Assembly (NCBI GenBank): GCA_001655205.1
Contig: LPNZ01011617.1
Location: 1 to 63,962 of the forward strand
DNA length: 63,962 nucleotides
Direction: 5' to 3'
Source: Lenisia limosa
Lineage: Eukaryota; Protista; Breviatea
Made by a program: the position numbers and the translations under genes. The notes below the pieces were generated by a model. It did no database searches. It was not told where the DNA came from and saw nothing but the letters and a program-made list of their open reading frames with translations. Of this stretch, positions 38,501 through 48,771 are shown piece after piece (the stretch's first letter is position 1; the number at the start of each line of letters is the position of its first letter).

Positions 38501-38700
38501 TCAAGTCATCAAACGTCAGGGTCTATGTTGTCAGTTTCTCAAAGACTCACCATCATGCTCACCTCTATTTTGGCATTTTCGTCCGAAAAATTGGGTTGGA
38601 AGAAAGCTGCAGGAAGCTGTGGGATCGCAGGTGACTCCTCTTGCTAACATATTAGTTTTGAACTGATTTCAAGGCAACCCAAACCTTTGCAAAAGAAAAG
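35566..38700 (-). CDS. METTL18: Histidine protein methyltransferase (METTL18/Hpm1-like), multi-exon; start uncertain
   Basis: SDLKPGVYEGGFKIWECAVDL; GKRVLDLGCGAGIPGI; DFQDYNEEVL; RFISGDW; YDYILSTDTIYS; GAKRYYFGLGG. Confidence 0.88.
36250..37320 (+). CDS. Possible nested multi-exon gene or pseudogene on the opposite strand within the long METTL18 intron
   Basis: Exon-like blocks (FLNFGAKSEMRCAPFGYNATNLSTP; RRKARESKPAFDGFRYFLHLMGQITDF) and + strand splice signals (CAAG|GTAAGT near 37100, GTG|GTGAGT near 37260). I could not build a stop-free model. Confidence 0.3.
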
Positions 38701-39671
38701 GTGAACACCATGATATTCAGGCAATGGAGGACCTAAGAATATTAGGGAACGAAATTGATGAAGGAAGGGTAAAGCAGACTAAAATACTCAGTTCCTCCTC
38801 CTCAGTCAGGTCCCCACTTATATCTATCTACACAAATACAACATTATCATAAGGAGGAGAATATATGATGTAAAGTACATGAATATTCCTAGCTCTGTAT
38901 ATATGAACCAACCAGAGGCTAGCTTGGCGCAAACAAAGTAGTAGTCGAGAGTGTATATCCTGGACTATTTGTGGATTTTTTATGCGATTATGTTTTAGCT
39001 GTTTTAGAGTTTTCGAGGCTGGTGGGGAGTCGTGTGGAGGGGGAAGAGGGGTCTGAGGGGTGACCACCAGGTTGCCACCAGGACACTGCCAGGACACACA
39101 CAAGCCAGGGCCAGAAGAAACTGTATGCCACGTGCCCGTGAAAAATAACGGATTTGAACAGGAATAATATTTTTTTTTTATTTTTTGGGAAATTTGAATC
39201 GCAAGCTGAGGAGGAGGAGATATAATAATCAAGGGTGTTTGAAGAAGGAATTACGGCAGAATGGAGGGCGAAGATGTTTGTGGAATTCCGTTTCTCGTTT
39301 CCTATATCTTTTCTACAAAGCCTCCTTCATCCCATTTGATTTAATTCTTTTGAATACATGGCATATACAGCGTAAAAAGCCCATACTGCCTTCCTTACCC
39401 CCCCCCCCCCNNNNNNNNNNNNNNNNNNNNNNNNNNNNNNNNNNNNNNNNNNNNNGCGAGAGAGTTGACTCAAGAATGTAGTTGGCGCGGTTATATTGCA
39501 AATCATGTTGTAAAGGGTAATATTTGAGATTTAATAACTCCATTCGCCCAAATGTGACGTTCTTTTTACAGCTGGTTGGGATTCGATAATACGAGGGCTT
39601 TGATGAGTCATACCCGATATTCCCATTAAATTGAAAGTACTTGAAGTTTTCTAATATTTTATTCATACTAG

Positions 39672-42600
39672 GCGCCGACAGTAAATATGATGGTGCCACA
39701 AACAGTATTGAAGAGAAGAATGAAGCACCAAGAGAAAATATTATAGAAGAAAATGTCGTGGAAGAAGTGAAAGAAGAAGAGGTGAAAGCAGAAGAAGAAA
39801 AAGAAGTTTCAAAAGAAGTTCTCGTTAAAGAAAACACAGTTGACATTCAAGACGGTCCGGAAGAACAGGCAGCAGCAAGAAAAATGCAAAGCGCCTGGAG
39901 AAGGAAGCAGTCCAGATCCGAGGGTAAGGATGAAGAAGAGATTACAAGTAATAATGATAGAGATATTAAGGATGAAGAGACTAAAGAAGAAGGGAAAGAA
40001 GATGTGAAGGAAGAGGTGAAGGAGGTAAAAGAAGAAGAGAAAGAAATGGAAGAAGAGGCGAAAGAAGAGTTGAAAGAAGGGGTGAAAGAAGAAGAGGTAG
40101 AAGAGGTGAAAGCAGAAGANNNNNNNNNNNNNNNNNNNNNNNNNNNNNNNNNNNNNNNNNNNNNNNNNNNNNNNNNNNNNNNNAGCAGCAGCAAGAAAAA
40201 TGCAAAGCGCTTGGAGAAGAAAGCAGTCCAGATCACAGGGTAAAGATGAAGAAGAGATTACAGGTAAGAATGAAAGGGATATTAAGGATGAAGAGACTAA
40301 AGAAGAAGGGAAACAAGAGGTGAAGGAGTTAAAAGAAGAAGAGAAAGAGGAAATGGAAGAAGAGGTAAAAGAAGAATTGAAAGAAGAAGCGAAAGAAGAG
40401 GTGAAAGAAGAAGCGAAAGAAGAAGTGAAAGAAGAAAGAAAAGAAGAACTGAAAGAAAAGGTAAAGGAAGAAGAGAAAGGTGTAGAATTGAAAGAAGAGG
40501 AGAAAGAAGAGTTGAAAGAAGGGGTGAAAGAAGAAGAGGTAGAAGAGGTGAAAGAAGAAGAGGTAGAAGAGGTGAAAGCAGAAGATAAAGAAGTTTCAAA
40601 AGAAGTTCTCGTCAAAGAAAACACAGTTGACATTCAAGACGGTCCGGAAGAACAGGCAGCAGCAAGAAAAATGCAAAGCGCTTGGAGAAGAAAGCAGTCA
40701 AGATCACAGGGTAAAGATGAAGAAGAGATTACAGGTAAGAATGAAAGGGATATTCAGGATGAAGAGACTAAAGAAGAAGGGAAACACGAGGTGAAGGAGT
40801 TAAAAGAAGAAGAGAAAGAAGAAATGGAAGAAGAGGTTAAAGAAGAATTGAAAGAAGAAGCGAAAGAAGAGGTGAAAGAAGAAGCGAAAGAAGAAGTGNN
40901 NNNNNNNNNNNNNNNNNNNNNNNNNNNNNNNNNNNNNNNNNNNNNNNNNNNNNNNNNNNNNNNNNNNNNNNNNNNNNNNNNNNNNNNNNNNNNNNNNNNN
41001 NNNNNNNNNNNNNNNNNNNNNNNNNNNNNNNNNNNNNNNNNNNNNNNNNNNNNNNNNNNNNNNNNNNNNNNNNNNNNNNNNNNNNNNNNNNNNNNNNNNN
41101 NNNNNNNNNNNNNNNNNNNNNNNNNNNNNCAGATCACAGAGTAAAGATGAAGAAGAGATGACAAGTAAGAATGGAGATATTAAGGATGAAGAGACTAAAG
41201 AAGATGAGAAAGAAGAGTTGAAGGAGGTAAAAGAAGAGGAGAAAGAAGAGTTGAAAGAAGGGGTGAAGGTGAAAGAAGAGTTGAAAGAAGAAGAGGTAGA
41301 AGAAAGAAAAGAAGAACTGAAAGAAAAGGTAAAGGAAGTAGAGAAAGGTGTAGAAGGGAAAGAAGAGGAAAAAGAAGAGAAGAAAGAAGAGGTGAAAGAA
41401 GAGTTGAAAGAAGAAGAGGTAGAAGANNNNNNNNNNAAGATCACAGGGTAAGGATGAAGAAGAGATTACAAGTAAGAATAGAGATATTAAGGATGAAGAG
41501 ACAAAAGAAGAAGAGAAAGAAGAGGTGAAGGAAGAGGAGAAGGAGGTAAAGGAAGAAGAGAAAGAAGAAGTGAAAGAAAAGAAAGAAGAGGAAGTGAAAG
41601 AAGAAGTGAAAGAAAAGAAAGATGAGGAAGTGAAAGAAGAAGTGAAAGAAGAAGTGAAAGAAGAAGCGAAAGAAAAGAAAGAAGAAGAAGAAGTGGAAGA
41701 AGAAGCGAAAGAAGAGGTGAAAGAAGAGGTGAAAGAAGAACTGAAGGAAGAACTGAAGGAAGAAGTGGAAGAAGAAGAAGTGAAAAAGAAAGAAGTGAAA
41801 GAAGAGATGAAAGAAGAAGTGAAAGAAGAAGTGAAGGCAGAAGTGAAGGAAGAAGTGAAAGAAGAACGGAAGAAAGAAGAGAAAGAAGCTACCTCAGTTG
41901 CATTTGATGACTTTGAAGAGGAACAGACAATAGAGAAAGACGGAGAGAAGATAGAAAAGCAAGATAAGGTGAAAGAGAAGGTTGAAGAGCAGGATGATGA
42001 AATTTGTGATGACTTTGAAGAAGATGAAGATAATGAAGAAGAAGTGAAGGAAGAGATGAAGGAAGAGGTGAAAGAAGAGGTGAAGGAAGAAGTGAAAGAA
42101 GAAGAAGTGAAAAAGGAAGAGGTGGAAGAAGAGGTGAAAGAAGAAGTGAAAGAAGAAATGAAAGAAGAAGTGGAAGAAGAAGTGAAAGAGGAAATGAAAG
42201 AGGAAGTGGAAGTGAAAGAAGAAGTGAAAAAAATGAAAGAGGAAGTGGAAGTGAAAGAAGAAGTGAAAAAAATGAAGGAAGAAGTGAAAGAAGAAGTTAA
42301 AGAAGAAGTTAAAGAAGAAATGGAGGAAGTGAAAGAAGAAGTGACAGAAGTAGTAAAAGAAAAAGTGAAAGAAGAAATGAAAGAAGAAGTGAAAAAGGAA
42401 GTGAAAGAAGAAGGGAAAGAAGTGAAGGAAGAAGTGAAAGAAGAAGTGAAAGAAGTGAACGAAGAAGTGAACGAAGAAGTAAAAGAAGAAGTAAAAGAAG
42501 AAATGAAGGAGGAAGTGAAGGAAGAAGTGAAGGAAGAAGCGAAAGAAGAAATGAAGGAGGAAGTGAAGGAAGAAGTGAAGGAAGAAGTTAAAGAAGAAGT

Positions 42601-45294
42601 GAAGGAAGAAGTGAAAGAAGAAGTGAAAGAAGAAGTGAAGGAAGAAGTGACAGAAGAAGTGAAGGAAGAAGATAAGACTAAAGAAGAACTAAGGAAAAAA
42701 GACAAGGAAGAAAAGGGAGCACAAGAAGAGAAGAGGTATCTTGAAGAAGATAATGAAGAAGGATTTGAGTCAGACAGTTCAGAAGCGTCAGTATCATCTG
42801 TAGTCCATCACCCCCCTGAGCACCAGGCTAAGTCTCCTTCATCTCCTTGGTGAGTTCTTATTCAATTGGAAATGTAATATTTTTTTAACCTTAATAATAT
42901 GAATTGGCCCAACCATCTTGCGGTCTTTTTTCAGGGAGTTGTTGACTTTTTCAGTTCCAAGTCGCCTACACCCCAGCATTCCCGCTCTCCTTCAAGGTAT
43001 GAAGGAGAATAAGTGTAATAACAGTGTTGTTTTTCAAGTGGAATTTATTTACATGTTTCAGGTCATCTCAACACTCCCGCTCCCCCTCACCATCAAGGTA
43101 ACATTGTGCTATTTGTTGTTGGTGTGGTACCGAAATAACCAAACTGATAGTTTAGGACACACTCTCCCTCCAACTCCCCATCTCCCTCACGGTTGGCCAA
43201 CAAGAATAGTAATATTTTGTACCCGATCAAGCACTTATAGTTCAGGTCACAAAGATCATCCAGATCACCATCTCCAACACGGTAAACTGACATTTCTTTT
43301 TCTGGCTATTCTTTAACCTAATATAGTTCCCCTCGTTCGAGGTCGGCATCACCTTCTCCTCGGTAATGAAAAAGATGATTTGACATATACTCAAGTTTAC
43401 TAGACAAGTTTTCAATATCCGCCCAGTTGATTTGTTTGAGCCATATTCATATCTCAGATTGCAGTCCCCTCGTCGCACTCCCGAGCATAGGGAGCCGCCT
43501 TCTAACGAGACAACCCCGCAGCAGGTATGGCATGTCAGAAATTGGATTTGAAGATCTTCTTGACATTGGAGTTCAGCATATTAACGACATAGACTGGAGT
43601 ACGTCCGGTGCCCAGTTTAGAAAAACTGCACACCCCTCCCAGTCAATCCCCAAATGGTGCGAATTATATTTGAGCCCAACTCTGCAATTTCTTTGACACT
43701 CCCGCTAGCCCACCCTCATACTCAAGACGATCTCACCCCCCGGGACCCGGCAGCTGTGCTTTCGGAAGCTGAGGCCGAGGCAAAACCAAAACCTCCAAAA
43801 GTGAGACACGTACAAAAAAGAAAAAGTATACATATGATATGATATATTAGATTGGAAAACTGTCTTATCATGTCGTGTTAACACAATCGTAGCAAAAGCG
43901 GAAGGGACCCTCGCGTCGTCAGCTGAGGAAACAGCAAGAAGAAGCGGATGCAAGAAGGTCTCAAGTATGGACGGTTTTTATACCAGTTTTGCTTGGCCCT
44001 CTCCTGAACAATGCTATTCTGGGCTCTATGTTGTTGTTCTTGTCAAAAATGTTGTGCCTCAGCCATCTCTTTTTTTTTTGGGGGGTGGGTGGTCCAGTAT
44101 TAATATGTGTCTTAATTAGCTTCTTACCGCAACCTTTGAGTTATTTTTCAGATTTTCCCATTTTACTTTCTCAGGTTACAACAATAACTCGGATTGCCGA
44201 CAAGAACAGCTCACAACAAGCAGTATGGGGGCTTCATGGCTGTAAATCCAAGCATCAAGGGCGGCACTGACCCCCCAGCGAACACCCTCACGTAAGGTGC
44301 TCAAGGAAGAGGTCAAAAGAGAAGTTCTCAGTGAGCTACTTAACGAGCTGCGTTCCGAACTCAGAACCACGCAGCAGATTTATCGTGGTAAAAAACCACC
44401 TAAAAAAGTATGCGTAGTCGCAAACTACGAGGCTTCAATTACATATCGATAGGTTCTGATCTGATCGTTTAGCGTCCAACTACCCCTGGACAAGACATGG
44501 AAAGGAAAGAGGTATTATGTCACCACTTATCCCGTTTCCACCATCCCACTAAATCCTCACACCTGCAGCGCGCGAAGACTCCGAGAAGAGCCGCCTCCTG
44601 CACTCCCCGGTCCGGGCAAAACACACAATCGCCGCAAACCGTTCCAGCATCACGGCCGTCTCGGCCAGTGTCTGCTTCTTCGAGGCCGTCCCGCCCGGTG
44701 TCAGCGTCACGCTCGGGGTACGTGTTCGCTCACTCCTTGTTCCAAACAATTTCGGAAGGGGCTTATTTTATTAGATACACCACGCCAAGACGCTTGAATC
44801 CGCTCCCGGCTGCACAGCAAGGATGGCAAAGTGCTATTCTGTAGGGGCGTGGGGCGTGGGGAAATATTAACAAATATTTACTTTTCAAGGTTACCTAATC
44901 GATCTGGCCTCTTTGGTGCCCCTCCACCACCTCCAAGAATGTCTCCGTATCTCAAACCACAGCCTCCAAGGTTTGTAGGCCTGAGATTATTTCTCTCCCT
45001 TTACCTTATATACGTTGTTTCCATTGCTCTTTTTAACTAGTAGACGCCCCAATAATTCTGCAAACCCTCGTCGCAAGACTCAGGCAAAGCCTTCTGAACA
45101 GGGTGAGAAGACTCCTTTGTGAGCAATGTTTGACGATTTAGTTGATAATCGCATACGCCCCTCAGCGCCCGGCTCGGGAGGCCCTCAAAACGCGGCTCCA
45201 AGAAAAAGACGGTGAGCCTCTTTCACACTGTGGAGTATTCCCAATGTAATTGATTTACCAGGGCGACTCGCCAAAGTGCTGGCCTCCCCCCTAA
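39672..45294 (+). CDS. Very large Glu/Lys-rich repeat protein with IQ-like motifs and a Pro/Ser/Arg-rich C-terminus; start uncertain, repeat region gapped
   Basis: Long open exon (about 39672-42850) with repeated AAARKMQSAWRRKQSR (IQ-like) and hundreds of KEE(V/M/A) units; later exons RTPSRKVLKEEVKREVLSELLNELRSELR and SRPSRP repeats. Confidence 0.7.
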
Positions 45295-45441
45295 ACCCAC
45301 ATAGCATCATGTTTCCTTTTCCTTTCATTTTATATTTTTGTTTTTGATATCATATTTCTTTTCTTATTCCCCACAGAACTTCACCACTACATCAACCGAA
45401 CACAACATAACATCAAAATACTACGATACAAGAATACAATG

Positions 45442-46663
45442 TTAAATAAAGCCATCATTAGCCTTACAACCAATTCCAGTTTTCTGGTAGCTCGGGTTCT
45501 TTGATTTCAAAATCTGTTTCAATGCCAAGCTTCTTAAAAACCTCTGCGAGCTACACCATCATGAGAATACAAGAGAGGGGGATAATACGATGAAGAATAT
45601 CGGCGTAAAGGTACTAATCACGAAGCGAATTCTGAAACACCAATCAAAAAAAACAAGCAATAACCAACGCTCAAACTAGATAACGGGGGGGGGGGATCTT
45701 ATACTAAGACGTCTATACGATTATGTTCCACTCCTGCATACTGTTGGCACTTCTGGCAGTTCAGGTTGGAACTTTTTCAAACTAAGAAATGAGAAGCAAT
45801 CGAGAACTTTTGAAGGGATCAAACGCATCTCCTCACGGTGACGGCTTGCCTTGAGCCTTTGCCTCCTCTTCTACTTCACACATGACCTCTACCACCATCT
45901 GCCAGTCATCCTCGAAACCCTCTGAACGTTATTCATTCGTGGAATAAATTGGGGAAAGTAAGAACAAAGAAAGAGAACAAGGGTATCTTCATAAACAACA
46001 AACCGTTAGCTGTTTGTAGGAAAAGGTAGTACGCTTCCTCTTTCTTTCCAATGTTATACGCACAATGAGCATGAAGGTGTCGGCCAAACGTTGACGTCCC
46101 TTCCATTGTTTGCTTGAGATGAGAAATAAAACAAGCCCTTCCATTGTTTCCCCATCACGCTTCTAAGAGATATTGGATTATGGAATAACAATAATTGCCC
46201 CATCATTGCCTCACAACTCTGTGCACACAGCTTTCTGCGTACCTCCCCGGCATAAAAAATATAATATATATGTATATACACGATGGAAGATTATGAGTGA
46301 TGTGATAATCACCGGACTTTGGCTGTTGAGGTTCCATGCCCAACTTACATAATAGACTAAGCATTTGTAAGCTTGCTCGTAGAAACCAAGTTGGAACATC
46401 TCCTTCGCCACCTTGACTATCATCAAGAACCTTTTAAACGGGAAAATTGATGATCAGTGCCATATTAAAAGGCAAAATATAGAATGCAATTACACCTCAC
46501 GTTGTAAACATCACCAGCATCAGGGGCTCTTTCAATCACATTTTGGATCCAAACTCGTGTTTCCGCAGCTGAGTGTCACAAATCAAAGATAACTCCTACG
46601 AATGGCATTTTTGGGAAAAGATAGGACTATGTCTCTTGAAATGATAGATGTTATCTCTGCCAT
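45442..46663 (-). CDS. Hypothetical protein, multi-exon
   Basis: Hand-spliced MAEITSIISRDIVLSFPKNAIPAETRVWIQNVIERAPDAGDVYNVRFLMIVKVAKEMFQLGFYEQAYKCLVYY...EGFEDDWQMVVEVMCEVEEEAKAQG...LAEVFKKLGIETDFEIKEPELPETGIGCKANDGFI*; family not recognised. Confidence 0.55.
46170..46253 (-). repeat. Short dispersed repeat, copy C
   Basis: Aligns with 1-86 over the full length, with substitutions mainly in the AT-rich end. Confidence 0.8.
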
Positions 46664-46975
46664 CTTGATAGCTTGCAGTTCAAGCAAGATAAAAAAAATC
46701 AAGACTGTTCAAGAGACAAAAAGACACGTAAAACACGTAGAGAGCGAGTGAGAGAGGAGAGAGAGAGAGAGAGCGCGCGCTGGAGTTAGTGCTATGCGCG
46801 AACGCGTGGAACGCAACGTGCATCTTTTTGTTGGAAATTGTCGATTTTGATTGTTTTTACCCCCTTTGCGACCCCTATGACCCGTTGACCCGTAGCAGCA
46901 GTATCGCAGTGTCGCAGTTAAAGAATAACAAAAGAATAGGGTGAGAGCGGCCACGTTTCCGACGAAACTTCAGTG

Positions 46976-47394
46976 ATGAGATCTTCTCACTACAGGACAG
47001 CTTGCCTTCTTCTTGGGCTCTTTCTGCTTGTTTCAACATCTTATGCTAAGCAAAACTCTGTATGTAAGGACAATATCCTGCTTTTAGTCTTACGATTCCA
47101 GGTTGCATACCGAACACAAAATGGAAAGTGCAAGGTTTGTTTTATTAAGAGGAACTGTTGGTTCAACGCGTTATATTTCAGAACCAATGTACTGACCTCT
47201 CTGGTGTGGACTACCACAACTGTGTGAAACTCTGTGTGTCTCCAATGTGCTTTGACAAGCTCTATGGAGCGGATCCGGTTTGAGGAATTAGCCTCTTTAC
47301 TCATATAGAAAATTTCATATTGACCTAGTAGTTGGAACCTGGTGAAATTGATGACAGGCAGTACGAGTTCAAAAAGTGCTTTATGTCTGGTTAG
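46976..47394 (+). CDS. Small secreted DUF4787-like Cys-rich protein
   Basis: Signal peptide MRSSHYRTACLLLGLFLLVSTSYA; NQCTDLSGVDYHNCVKLCVSPMCFDKLYGADP|LEPGEIDDRQYEFKKC matches the C-x3-C-x-S-x2-C...Y-x2-D-P-L-E-x-G-E-I-D-x-R pattern I recall for DUF4787. Confidence 0.7.
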
Positions 47395-47518
47395 CGACCA
47401 AAATCATTTTTTCTTCCTTCCCATCTCAAACTTTCATATTTATACTATTAATAATATATTACATAAATATGTAAATGAGTATGCAAGGGAGGCACGCTAT
47501 CATATATCATATTGTATA

Positions 47519-48120
47519 CAGTGAGTTACATATCATATACATAAGTAATGGCCAAAAGTTTTTCCTTATAACTTATCGCAAATTAGGTCTTATTCTCTGA
47601 AAAGTTTGTCATTTTATTGTGATTTGAACTACATTTTTTGCACAGATTATTATTAAAACAAATTTGTGATTTGTTTTGAACAAAATATATTACTTGAAAT
47701 ACCATAAAAAAAATCAGTGCATCAAAACGCTGAAAATTTCAAGTACTTAAGTTGGCCCGCCCCCCTTAGTAGCGATGATAGCCGAAAAAAACATCATGAT
47801 ATTGTGTCAATCAGGTTTCTCATCTCTTTTGAGGTGGTTTCAAAACAAGCAGATTGCTGCTTTTCTATCATATCTGATACAGTGGTGGATTTAACAAGAA
47901 TCACGGTGTTTGTTATCAAGTAGTGGGGCATGTTCAATTGGGTTAAACCACAGAATGGATCAAAATTCACCATTTTTTATTTAGCGAACTCAAATTTGGT
48001 GAATGCCAAAATCAAAATATATGCAAAAAATACGAATTTTGGTTCAATTCACACTTAAAAAAGACATATATTTTGCGACTTATACGGAAAAACTTTTGCC
48101 GTTACTTATGTAACTCACTG
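47519..48120. mobile_element. Tc1/mariner-type non-autonomous element (MITE), 602 bp
   Basis: TA|CAGTGAGTTACATA...TATGTAACTCACTG|TA; imperfect TIRs of about 50 bp (left arm has an 11-bp insertion); TA target-site duplication; no transposase ORF. Confidence 0.88.
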
Positions 48121-48771
48121 TATATCATATAACTATTTAGTACTTTGTATGTAAACTATAAGAATATCAGATGAAAAACTGTTAATACAATGTTACGATC
48201 TAATTATTCCCATTAAGGTAGTCAGGTTTGATTCTTCTCATCTCTTCTACAGTCCAAACCCAAACCCAAGTTATAAGCCATGTCGATATGGCAATGGAAT
48301 CAATTGATCTCATGCGTAATATCTTGAATTTCCCATTCTTTTGTAACACATATTACACTCTTAGACTGAGAAGCTGTACCTAACACATATTACAACTGAG
48401 AAGCTGTACCTAACACCAACTTATTACATAATAATGGTTTCAGAAGATTCCGAAGATTGAAAGAAACAATTCATAGTCCACTTTCGACTCAAATCCGACA
48501 AACCAAGTTCATGACATATGAACAGTGGACATTTTGTGCAAGTTGTTTCAATTGACAGGATGCATTCAAGATTGTATTACCTTTTGCTTCAAACAAAATT
48601 TTCAGTGACCAGGAATTGGTAAAATGAGCGCTTTATTGATTTGATTGTACAGTATCAGTGTATCACCAGACAACCTCATTTTTCACTACACAGTGCCACT
48701 ATTTGAAATAATACCGTTTTTTACATTGTCATAATAAAGATAATATAACATTAATGTACAGCGACGTGGTT

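Noticed and set aside
39313-42705. Long - strand Ser/Phe/Thr-rich ORFs (e.g. 41134-42705, 523 aa)
   Set aside because: Antisense shadows of the stop-poor GAA-rich coding repeat on the + strand.
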